NCBI GenBank assembly: GCA_028826165.1 | Contig: JAPDFW010000055.1 | Span: 434,001-498,000 of the forward strand | DNA: 64,000 bases | Source of the DNA: Anaeramoeba ignava BMAN | Taxonomy: Eukaryota > Protista > Anaeramoebae | Reading direction: 5' to 3' | In this document: positions 53,401-63,963 of the stretch, piece after piece | How the letters are laid out: every line of letters starts with the position of its first letter | How positions within the stretch are numbered: the stretch's first letter is position 1 | Notes under the pieces: model-generated | Seen by the model: the letters and a program-made list of their open reading frames with translations, nothing else | What the model was told of the DNA's origin: nothing | Databases searched by the model: none | Translations under genes and position numbers: made by a program

Positions 53401-55326
53401 CATGTAATTGTTTAATTTTCTGTTGATTTTTTTTAGAAAGATTTAGTTTCGTCTTCAAGAAGATTTATTTGTGAAGGTCCTTTAATGAAAGTTTCAAGAA
53501 AAAAAGATTTAAAACGAACATTCTTTCTTTTTAATGATCTTCTACTTTATGGAACAAAATTAGGAGCTAGTTATCAAGTATTTAGATGATATTTTATTTT
53601 TTAAACAATTTTTTTTCCAATAATAATATTAATATTATTATTATTTATTTTTTAGTTACATCGAAGAATGGAATTAAAAAATACAAGAGTTCAAAATATT
53701 GAAGATACAAAAGGTAATTTTAATTTTAAATTTTAATATTTAAATGAAATTTAATTTTAATTCAAAAATTCTTTGTATTTTTAGAATTCAAAAATGCTTT
53801 TATAATTAGAAATTCAAGTAAATCTTTTCCTGTTTATGCAAAAAATTTAGATGAGAAACAAAAATGGTTCAAATTATTAACTGAAGCAATTCAAGAAATA
53901 CAAAATAAATCAAATCCTTCTCAAATTTATACAACAGAAGCACCTATTTGGATTCGTAATAATACAACCAATACATGCATGATTTGTCAACGTTCATTTT
54001 CAACATGGAGAAGAAAAGTTTGTTATATTTTTATATTTTTAAAAAGAATCAAATCAATTAAAATTTATTTTATTATTTTATTATTATTTTTTTTTTAGCA
54101 TCATTGTAGAAAATGTGGTTTTATTGTTTGTTCTTCTTGTTCTTCTAGAAAACTTTTATTAAAATATATTGATAGAAAAAAATCTGTTCGTGTTTGTGAT
54201 AAATGTTTTCATCAATTAAATATTACTGATGAAAATCCAGAAGATGATTATTCAAATCAAAATCAAAATCAAAATTTCAAAATCAAAATCAAAATCAAAA
54301 TCAAAATCAAAATCAAAATCAAAATCAAAATCAAAATCAAAATCAAAATCAAAATCTAAATCAAAATCAAAATCAAAATCAAAACCAAAATCAAAATTTA
54401 AAACGAAACTCTAAGAAAAATTCAAAGAAAATTGCAAAAAAAAATTTAAAGAGAAATTCATGTCGAAATTTAAATCAAAAACAAAATTTAAATCAAAATC
54501 AAAATTTAAATCAAAGTATAAAGCGAAACTCATTCCAAAATTTAAATCGAAATTTAAGTCTCAATTTAAACAAAAATCCTAATTCAAATTTAAATCCAAA
54601 TCAAAATTTAAATCAAAATTTAAATCAAAATCAAAATTTAAATCAAAATTTAAATCAAAATCAAAATTTAAATCAAAATTTAAATCAAAATCAAAATTTA
54701 AATCAAAATCAAAATTTAAATCAAAATTTAAATCAAAATTTAAATTTAAATCAAAATCTAAATCAAAATTTAAATCAAAATTTAAATCAAAATCAAAATT
54801 TAAGTCTCAAATTCAAAATTTAAATTCAAATCAAAATTCAAATCAAAATTCAAATTTAAATTCAAATCAAAATCAAAATCAAAATTCAAATTTAAATTCA
54901 AATCGAAATCAAAATCAAAATCAAAATTTAAATCGAAATTTAAGTCTCAATTTAAACAAAAATCCTAATTCAAATTTAAATCAAAATCCAAATTTAAATC
55001 AAAATCCAAATCAAAATTTAAATCAAAATTTAAATCAAAATCCTAATACAAATTTAAATCAAAATTTAAATCTAAATCAAATTCAAATTCAAAATCAAAA
55101 TCTAAATCAAAATTTAAATCAAAATCGAAATCAAAATCAAAATGAAAATCAAAATCAAAATCAAAATTTAAATCGAAATTTAAATCAAAATCAAAATCAA
55201 AATCAAAATCCAAATTTAAATCGAAATTTAAGTCTCAATTTAAATCAAAATCAAAATACAAATTTAAATCGAAATTTAAGTCTCAAATCAAAATCAAATT
55301 TAAATCAAAATAAAATCCAAATTTAA
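50462..55326 (+). CDS. RhoGEF (DH)-PH-FYVE protein (FGD-like), about 12 exons, Asn/Gln-rich tail (3' end approximate)
   Basis: Missed by the ORF track. Spliced exons give EILTTERTYVRNLQIL, IFSNIEEILH, YSKYINGY, SFLIMPVQRLPRYKLLL/DLVKHT (DH); RRFICEGPLMK..FFLFNDLLLY..EKQKWF (PH); C..C..FSTWRRK/HHCRKCG.IVCSSCS..RVCDKC (FYVE). The tail lies in low-complexity sequence with probable indels. Confidence 0.9.
51272..52880. repeat. 18-bp (and 12-bp) minisatellite AATTCATTTACAAATT(C/T)A filling RhoGEF intron 51268-52998
   Basis: Direct reading; explains the spurious 553 aa FKFIYK ORF. Confidence 0.95.
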
Positions 55327-55471
55327 ATCAAAATCAAATTTAAAATCAAAATTGAACAAAAATTAGATTATTTTTCTTGTTTGAATTGTATTCATATTTT
55401 TATTTCAATTTCCTTCATTATTAAAAAAAATAATAATAAAATGTTTTTCAAATTAACTTTTTTAAATAAAA

Positions 55472-56506
55472 TTATTTTTCATTTAAATCTAAAAATGCTT
55501 CTTCAAGTGCAGATTGTGTAAGTGAAGAATCTAAAATAGAAAATTAAATAGGAAAATAATTAAATTGAAAATTAAATTGAAAATAATTAAATTGAAAATA
55601 ATTAAATAGAAAATTAAATAGATAATTAAATTGAAAATAATTAATAGAAAATTAAATAGAAAATTAAATTGAAAATTAAATTGAAAATTAAATTGAAAAT
55701 AATTAAATTGAAAATAATTAAATTGAAAATAATTAAATTGAAAATTAAATAGAAAATTAAATTGAAAATAATTAAATAGAAAATTAAATAGAAAATTAAA
55801 TTGAAAATAATTAAATTGAAAATAATTAAATTGAAAATAATTAAATTTTTTTACCAGGAAAAGCATTTTTTAAATTCATTTCTTTTAAATTTTCAATTTT
55901 TGAATTTAAAACTATTTGATTTTGATTTAATGATTTCAAAGTTGATGAATTTGACAAAATTTGAGATAAATCATTCACTTGTTGAAAATATTTTGTTCTA
56001 CATTCAATCGGATTTAATTCAACAAAATATTCCTTTTTCAAAACATCAGAAATTGCCATCCAATCAAATTTATATTTCTGAACAATTTCAGAAAATTTTT
56101 CAATTCCAATTTCATTTGAATTTTTTAATTGATTTTGTAATTGATTATTTCTTTTAAAATCATTTAAATCATAATTTTTGATATTTTCATTTTTTGTTTT
56201 ATTTTCTTGTAAATTTGATTTTTGTTGTTGGATTGATTTATCAAAGAATTCCAAATGTTTCTGAAATAAGTTTTTTGATCTTTGAATGCATTCTTCAACT
56301 GGAATTCCTGTAAATTCGCTTAATTCATCCCAATCAATATTTTCATTTAGTGATTTTGTTGAGAAAAATTGTAATAATTTTTGATCTATTTTTTCTTGTT
56401 TTTCTTGTTCTATTGTTTTTTCTGTTATTGGTTCAATTCTTATTGGTCTTTTCCATGGAACTCTTACAACTACATGTATTTTTGATGTTGAATTTGAATT
56501 AGACAT
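55472..56506 (-). CDS. ATG29: Atg29-like autophagy initiation factor with an extra SANT/Myb-like repeat, 2 exons
   Basis: N-terminus HVVVRVPWKRP...IDWDELSEFTGIPVEECIQRSKNLFQKHL resembles ATG29_N. Intron 55531-55854 joins in frame to terminal exon DSSLTQSALEEAFLDLNEK*, matching the fungal Atg29 C-terminal SALEEA motif. Confidence 0.7.
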
Positions 56507-56561
56507 TTTTAAACAAGTAAAAAAAAATGAAAAAATGAAAAAATGAAAAAATGAAAATTAT

Positions 56562-58815
56562 TTTAATTTAATATTTAATTTATAAATCAATTTAAAAATA
56601 TAATTTAATAATTAATTTTATTATTAAAATAATAATTTAATGTTTTAGAATTAAATATTTTATTATTTAAATATTTAACATATAAATATAAAAAATAAGA
56701 ATAGATTTAATTTAATATTTAATTTATAAATTAATTTAAAAATATAATTTAATATTTAGTTTCATTATTAAAATAATAATTTAATGTTTTAGATTTAAAT
56801 ATTTTATTTAAATATTTAACATACAAATATAAAAAATAGAAATAGATTTAATTTAATATTTAATTTATAAATTAATTTAAAAATATAATTTAATATTTAG
56901 TTTTATTATTAAAATAATAATTTAATGTTTTAGATTTAAATATTTTATTATTTAAATATTTAACATATAAATATAAAAATGAAAATAGGTTTAATTTAGT
57001 ATTTAATTTATAAATTAATTTAAAAATATAATTTAATATTTAATTTTATTATTAAAATAATAATTTATTGTTTTAGATTTAAATATTTTATTATTTAAAT
57101 ATTTAACATATAAATATAAAAATAAGAATAGATTTAATTTAATATTTAATTTATAAATTAATTTAAAAATATATTTTAATATTTAATTTTATGTTTAAAA
57201 TAATAATTTAATGTTTTAGATCTAAATATTTTATTATTTAAATATTTAACATATAAATATAAAAATAAGAACAGATTTAATTTAATATTTAATTTATAAA
57301 TTAATTTAAAAATATAATTTAATATTTAATTTCATTATTAAAATAATAATTTAATGCTTTTAGATTTAAATATTTTATTATTTAAATATTTAACATATAA
57401 ATATAAAAAATAAAAATAGATTTAATTTAATATTTAATTTATAAATCAATTTAAAAATATAATTTAATATTTAATTTTATTATTAAAATAATAATTTAAT
57501 GTTTTAGAATTAAATATTTTATTATTTAAATATTTAACATAAAAATATAAAAACTGAAAATAAATTTAATTTAATATTAAATTTATAAATTAATTTAAAA
57601 ATATAATTTAATATTTAATTTTATTATTGAAATAATAATTTATTGTTTTTAGATTTAAATATTTTATTATTTAAATATTTAACATATAAATATAAAAATA
57701 AGAATAAGTTTTAATTTAATATTTAATTTATAAATTAATTTAAAAATATAATTTAATATTTAATTTTATTATTAAAATGTTAATTTAATGTTTTAGATTT
57801 TAAATATTTTATTATTTAAATATTTAACATATAAATATAAAAAATAAGAATAGATTTAATTTAATATTTAATTTATAAATTAATTTAAAAATATAATTTA
57901 GTATTTAATTCAATTATTAAAATAATAATTTATTGTTTTAGATTTAAATATTTTATTATTTAAATATTTAACATATAAATATAAAAATAAGAATAGATTT
58001 AATTTAATATTTAATTTATAAATTAATTTAAAAATATAATTTAATATTTAATTTTATTAAAATAATAATTTAATGTTTTTAGAATTTAAATATTTTATTA
58101 TTTAAATATTTAACATAAAAATATAAAAACTGAAAATAAATTTAATTTAATATTAAATTTATAAATTAATTTAAAAATATAATTTAATATTTAATTTTAT
58201 TATTGAAATAATAATTTATTGTTTTAGATTTAAATATTTTATTATTTAAATATTTAACATATAAATATAAAAAATAAGAATAGATTTAATTTAATATTTA
58301 ATTTATAAATTAATTTAAAAATATAATTTAGTATTTAATTCAATTATTAAAATAATAATTTATTGTTTTAGATTTAAATATTTTATTATTTAAATATTTA
58401 ACATATAAATATAAAAATAAGAATAGATTTAATTTAATATTTAATTTATAAATTAATTTAAAAATATAATTTAATATTTAATTTTATTATTAAAATAATA
58501 ATTTATTGTTTTAGATTTAAATATTTTATTATTTAAATATTAAACATAAAAATATAAAAATGAGAATAGATTTAATTTAATATTTAATTTATAAATTAAT
58601 TTATAAAATATAATTTTTAAATGAATTTTATTATTAAAATAATAATTTAATGTTTTAGATTTAAATATTTTATTATTTAAATATTTAACATAGTATAAAA
58701 ATAGATTTAATTTAATATTTAATTTATAAATTAATTTATAAATATAATTTCTAAATGAATTTTATTATTAAAATAATAATTTAATGTTTTAGATTTAAAT
58801 ATTTTATTATTTAAA
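56562..58815. repeat. Tandem satellite array B, ~143 bp unit, ~15-16 copies, unrelated to arrays A1/A2
   Basis: Marker AACAT recurs at ~56678, 56818, 56962, 57105 ... 58543, 58687; TGTTTTAGA occurs once per unit. Confidence 0.95.
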
Positions 58816-59216
58816 AATATTTTGAAAATTGATTTTTGAAATTAAATTTTATTTTTTTTTGAATTAAATTGAATTAATATTAATTTGGAAATTTGTTTTT
58901 AAAATTTAAATTTATTAATAATTTTTAAATTCCAAAAAAAAATTAAATTAAAAATTAAATTAAAATAATTTTCCTTTTTTTTTTAATAATAAAAATTAAT
59001 AAAAAATAATAATAATTTATTAATAAATTAATTTAAAATAATAAATTAAAAAGAAAATTAAATTAATTATTAATTTAAATTTATTCTCATTTTTTATATT
59101 TTTATTTATTTTCAAAATCCACTTTTTTTTTCATTTTTTTTTTAAATTTTTTTTTTCATTTTTTTCCTTTTTTTTTAAACACAAAACAAAAAAACAAAAA
59201 CAAAAACAAAAACAAA

Positions 59217-60860
59217 ATGGATAATGACAATAATAACCAAATTGAAAATCAAAATCAAAATGAAAATGAAAATGAAATGAAAAATTTAGAAAAAAAAGTA
59301 ACAAAAAATTTAATTAAAGATTATTCAAACCTTTTAAATGGAAATTCATTTAAAGATTTTTCAATTTTTGTTGAGAATAAATCAAATCCTTTTGAAATTA
59401 AAGTTCATAAATCAATTTTATCTTCAAGATCTCCTTTTTTTAATGAATCATTAAGGCAAGAATCTCTTTCTATTTCTTTAAATCAATTTAATAAAAAAGA
59501 AATGGAATCAATTTTGAGTTATATTTATTATGGAAATATTTCTTTTGAGAATCAAGAAAATCTTATCCAATTATTAGAAATTTCAATTTATTTTAAATTA
59601 AATTTATTGAAAGAAATTATTCAAAAAAAAATTTCAAATTCAATTAATTATTCAAATTTTTTCCAATTTTTATTCCAAAATCGAAATTTAAATTTAAATG
59701 AAATTGAAATAAAATGTTTTGAATTAATAAATCAAAATTTTTCCCAAATTCAAAATAATGAGAATTTATTCAATTTAACTAAAGAAGAAATTATCAAATT
59801 TATTCAATTTAAACAAGAAAAAAAAGAAATTTTTCAATTTGATTTTTTTCAATTTTTAAATAATTGGATTGAAAAAAGAAATGAAAGATTAAAAGGAAAG
59901 AAAGAAAAAGAAAAAGAAAAAGAAAAGGGAATTGAAAAGAAAAGATTATTTCATTCTTTTTTTTCATTATTTGATAAAGATTCAATTTCAAAAAAAGATT
60001 TCGATAAATTAAAACAATTTGATTTTTTTCCTAAATCTTTTTTAGTTGATATTCAAAACAAGGTTATTCAAGATAATCAAAAAGAAATTGAAAACAAAGA
60101 GAAGGAAAATCAACAAATGAAAATTGAAATTGAAGAGAAATGGAAGAAAGAAGTTGAAGATAAAAACAAAGAAATTGAAAACAAAGAGAAAGAAATTGAG
60201 AAAATGAAACCTATTTTTGATCAATTTCAAATGGAAGAAATCAGCAAGAATTTTCCTCAATTTTCAGATTCAGAAATTGTTCAAGATATTGAATATGTTA
60301 AGAAATTACAAGAATGGATAAATGATAATGATTTTTTTTCTAAAATGAAAAAAGGATTTTCAGCAAAAAGAGATGGATTTTCTTCTCCAAAATGGTATGA
60401 TATTTGTGCTAATAAAGGAAAAACATTAGTTATTATCAAAACAAAAGATAATTTTATTTTTGGAGGTTTTACTCAAGTTGGATGGACAAATGATAAATCA
60501 AAATGGAAAGAAAATTATAGAAATTCTTCAACAGGGCATATTATTGATTCAAATGCATTTATTTTTTCATTAAGAAATGATAAAGGAGATAGAAAACCAG
60601 ATAAGTTTACAATTAAACAAGGAAGAGAAGAATATGCAATTAGATATGATTCTAGCAGTAGAGGTCCAACTTTTGGAGGAAAAGATGGTGGTGGATATGA
60701 TTTTTATTTTGAATCTAATTTACAACCTGGTGACTCAAATTTTGGTAATAGTTATAATCTACCTAATGGAATTAAAGAAGGAACAAATGAAGCTAGAAGT
60801 TATTTAGCTGGTTCTTATAATTCATGGGTTGTTGATGAACTTGAAACTTATTTCATTTAA
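59217..60860 (+). CDS. BTB - coiled-coil - TLDc domain protein
   Basis: BTB FKDFSI..IKVHKSILSSRSPFF; TLDc KRDGF..KGKTLVIIKTKDNFIFGGFT..AFIFSL..GPTFGG..VDELETYFI. Confidence 0.9.
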   Translation: MDNDNNNQIENQNQNENENEMKNLEKKVTKNLIKDYSNLLNGNSFKDFSIFVENKSNPFEIKVHKSILSSRSPFFNESLRQESLSISLNQFNKKEMESILSYIYYGNISFENQENLIQLLEISIYFKLNLLKEIIQKKISNSINYSNFFQFLFQNRNLNLNEIEIKCFELINQNFSQIQNNENLFNLTKEEIIKFIQFKQEKKEIFQFDFFQFLNNWIEKRNERLKGKKEKEKEKEKGIEKKRLFHSFFSLFDKDSISKKDFDKLKQFDFFPKSFLVDIQNKVIQDNQKEIENKEKENQQMKIEIEEKWKKEVEDKNKEIENKEKEIEKMKPIFDQFQMEEISKNFPQFSDSEIVQDIEYVKKLQEWINDNDFFSKMKKGFSAKRDGFSSPKWYDICANKGKTLVIIKTKDNFIFGGFTQVGWTNDKSKWKENYRNSSTGHIIDSNAFIFSLRNDKGDRKPDKFTIKQGREEYAIRYDSSSRGPTFGGKDGGGYDFYFESNLQPGDSNFGNSYNLPNGIKEGTNEARSYLAGSYNSWVVDELETYFI

Positions 60861-61015
60861 TTTCATTTTTTTCAAAATTCAATTTTATTTTAATTTACTT
60901 CCAATCAAATTAAATTCTTCAAATCAATAAATAAGAAACAAATCCATTTTTAATTTTGTTTTATTTTTATTTCATTTTATTTCATTTTGTTTTATTTTGT
61001 TTCATTTTGTTTTCT

Positions 61016-62209
61016 TTACTTTTTCTTTGTTTGAAAAGAAAGAGATTTCCAATAATCTTTATTAATTTCACCAACTTGATAAATTTCATATTCATCAGAT
61101 TTTTTCCATTGATTTATAAATTTTTTATTTTTTAATTTTTCTTTTTCTTTTTCTTTTTTAACACCTTGAAATTTCCATTGACAATTAAAAAAAGCAGGTT
61201 TTTCAGGATCCAATATTTTTTTGCATTCTGGACACAAACATTTTTTCAAAACTTTTTTTGATAAAAGATCGAATTTCCCGATCCCAAATTTGATGATGAC
61301 ATATTCACCAAAAGCTTTGCAATCCTTGTTAGAGCATTTACTTTCGATATTGAAACCAGGAACGAAATCTCTCCAAGTTGAATTTTTTTTTTCTTTTGAA
61401 TCATTTATTGAATTTATTGAATTTTTTGCCGATTCAATATTTTTTTGAATTTTTGAATTTTTTGAATTTTTTGCATTTTTTTCATTTTTTGCCGATTCAA
61501 TATTTTTCGAAATTCTCACTAAATCTATTGAGAAATCCTTCTGGATACTGTAATCAAACAGTGTTTTCCAATTTTCAAGCTTTTTGCCTTTGTAAAGTAG
61601 CTTAATTTCATCCACTTGCATTTTCAGTGTTGATGAAATTTTGGATTTCAAATTTTCTACAGTTTCAGTTGGTTCCACATCCAAAACAACGATTCTGTTT
61701 GATTCAGGCTTGATAAATATCGGGAATTTTAAAGGCTGGAAATTTTTCAATTTGTTGATTAAATAAATTGTTGATTCTTTTTTGATTTGACAGTCAATCA
61801 AACTTGACTCATTTTGCAGCGTTTTTCCTTCAAAAATCAAAATTTGATATTTAGTAGGAATTCCAAGTTTTGCCTTCAATTGTGATTTGAGATCTTTAAC
61901 GGATTGATTTGGTCCAATTTCGCATTTTACTGGTTTCAAATCCAAACTATTGACAAAAATGGTTCCAGGCAAAGAAACATCGGCTTTTAATCTGTTAATC
62001 AAATACACTGTTGATTCTTTGTGAATTTTATAATAATCTAAAGTTGTCTCATCTTTTAGTTTTTTCCCTTCAAAAATGAGTATTTGATCTTGATATGGAA
62101 TTGCTTTTTTTTCTTCGATTTTAACTTTTATTTCCATAATTGATTCTGTTTTGCCAACTTGTAAACTCATTGTTTTTTCTTCATTTAAAGTTTTTATTAA
62201 AATTTTCAT
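61016..62209 (-). CDS. Triple ubiquitin-like domain protein with C-terminal Cys-rich domain
   Basis: Three Ubl repeats (QILIFEGKKLKDETTLDYYKIHKESTVYL; QILIFEGKTLQ..; IKLLYKGKKLE..TLFDYSIQKD), none ending in GG, then WR..PGFNIESKCSNKDCKA..G.GKFD..CLCPEC..FFNCQWKFQG. First ATG at 62209. Confidence 0.85.
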   Translation of the reverse strand: MKILIKTLNEEKTMSLQVGKTESIMEIKVKIEEKKAIPYQDQILIFEGKKLKDETTLDYYKIHKESTVYLINRLKADVSLPGTIFVNSLDLKPVKCEIGPNQSVKDLKSQLKAKLGIPTKYQILIFEGKTLQNESSLIDCQIKKESTIYLINKLKNFQPLKFPIFIKPESNRIVVLDVEPTETVENLKSKISSTLKMQVDEIKLLYKGKKLENWKTLFDYSIQKDFSIDLVRISKNIESAKNEKNAKNSKNSKIQKNIESAKNSINSINDSKEKKNSTWRDFVPGFNIESKCSNKDCKAFGEYVIIKFGIGKFDLLSKKVLKKCLCPECKKILDPEKPAFFNCQWKFQGVKKEKEKEKLKNKKFINQWKKSDEYEIYQVGEINKDYWKSLSFQTKKK

Positions 62210-62490
62210 TTGCAAAAAAATGAAAAAAAAAATGAAAAAAAAATGAAAAAAAATGATTTTGAAATTTCATTTATTAAAATTTGAGAAAAAAAGAGATCAA
62301 AACAATTTCGAATTTGATTTTGATTAATTAAAGAATTTGAATTTGAATTTAAATTTGAATTTTGATTTTGATTTTGAATCAATTTTTCGAGATTGAGTTT
62401 ATTCTGTTTTTTTTTCTTATTTCTAGATCAAAAAAAATTTAAAAAAAAAGAATAATTGAAGATTAATTAAAATTTTTCTAAAGATTAATT

Positions 62491-63106
62491 TTAATAATTT
62501 ACTTCAAATGCAACATTCACTCGGATTTTTCGATTTCGAATTTCTTTTCCATCAAATTGTAAAGCTTTTTGTTGGTCTTCATGAGTTTTAAAATCAACAA
62601 ACCCAAAACCTTTACTAGTTCCATTTCTTTCTCTTGCAATTCTTGCTTCTTTCACATCAAATTTTTGGAATATTCTTTTGAGTTCTTCATCTTTGAGATA
62701 ATATGAGAGATTTGTGATGTGAATCTTTGTTTTGCTATTTTGTTTCTGATTATTATTCTTTTTCTTATTTTCATCTTTTAATTCAATTTTGATTTTTCTT
62801 CCTTTTAATTGGAAATTTGGAAAGTTTTCAATAATTTTTTTAGCATCTGTAGAAGATTTTAAATCAACAAATCCATATCCAGCTGATCTTCCATTTTTTT
62901 TAATCAGAGAGACCTTTTCCCTATTTTTGGATCAGAAATTTTTTCAAAAATAAATTTGATTGGATAAAAATTTTTTTGATTTTGATTTTTACACTTCAAC
63001 AAATTTGGAAAATTCTTTTTTGATTTCTTCTTCAGTAACTGAAAAAGGGAGATTACCAAGATAGACTGTTTTAATCGAATCATTTTCATCTTCTGGTAAT
63101 TCCTCA
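62491..63106 (-). CDS. Two-RRM RNA-binding module with no ATG of its own (probable exons 2-3 of the upstream Ubl gene)
   Basis: Missed by the ORF track. TVYLGNLPFSVTEEEIKKEF, intron 62921-62992, SAGYGFVDL, then KIHITNLSY..SKGFGFVDF..IRNRKIRVNVA; stop at 62491-62493. Confidence 0.85.
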
Positions 63107-63285
63107 CTATTTTTTTGATTTTGAATTTGATTTTGAATTTGAATTTGGTTTTGATTTTGATTTTAATTTTGATTTTGATTTTGATTTTGATTTTGATTTT
63201 GATTTTGATTTTGATTTTGATTTTGATTTTGATTTTGATTTTGATTTTGATTTTGATTTTGATTTTGATTTTAAAAAAAAATGAA

Positions 63286-63963
63286 TTACTTGATTTTTTT
63301 TGCATCCAAAATAAGTGATTTCCAACTTGCTGTTCCTCCTTTTTCTAAATCAAAAACATGATAGCTATTGTCAACAGTTTTCCAATCACTTGATTCTTCT
63401 TTCATTTTTCCATTTTCTTTTTTTATTCCTCCAAATTTCCATTTACAATCAACAAAAGCAGGTTTTTCAGATTCAACAAGTTGTTTACAAATAGGACAAA
63501 CACATTTTTTCAAAATGTCATGGGAACTTATTTCAAAAGTTCCAAATCCAAATTGGATAATAACCCATTGATTATGAGCTTTACAATCTTTATTAGTACA
63601 TTTTCCTTCAAGATTCAATCCATTACAAGCATATCTCCAATCAGGAGCATCTGTTACAAAATCTCTTGTTTTCCAAGCATCTTTAGTCATATCAGCAAAT
63701 TCCAAATCTGGAGAAATTCCTCCTCCTCTTAATCTCAAAACGAAATGAATTGTTGTTCCACACTGAATATTGTAATCTTTTATTTTCTTTTCTGATTGAA
63801 GTTGCATTCTTTTATAGATTAATCTAATTTGTTTAACAGGAATTCCTTCAGATTCATGAACTTTCTCCATCAAACTATCTACGGTTTCAGATTCATCAAC
63901 ATCTAAAGCAATTACTGTTCCTTTTAAATTTTTAACAAAAATTTGCATTTTTTGTTTTTGCAT
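63286..63963 (-). CDS. Ubiquitin/NEDD8-like domain ending LRLRGG fused to the same Cys-rich domain as 61016-62209
   Basis: MQIFVKNLKG...EGIPVKQIRLIY..HFVLRLRGG, followed by APDWRYACNGLNLEGKCTNKDCKA..GFGTFE..CVCPIC..AFVDCKWKFGG. Confidence 0.9.
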   Translation of the reverse strand: MQKQKMQIFVKNLKGTVIALDVDESETVDSLMEKVHESEGIPVKQIRLIYKRMQLQSEKKIKDYNIQCGTTIHFVLRLRGGGISPDLEFADMTKDAWKTRDFVTDAPDWRYACNGLNLEGKCTNKDCKAHNQWVIIQFGFGTFEISSHDILKKCVCPICKQLVESEKPAFVDCKWKFGGIKKENGKMKEESSDWKTVDNSYHVFDLEKGGTASWKSLILDAKKIK

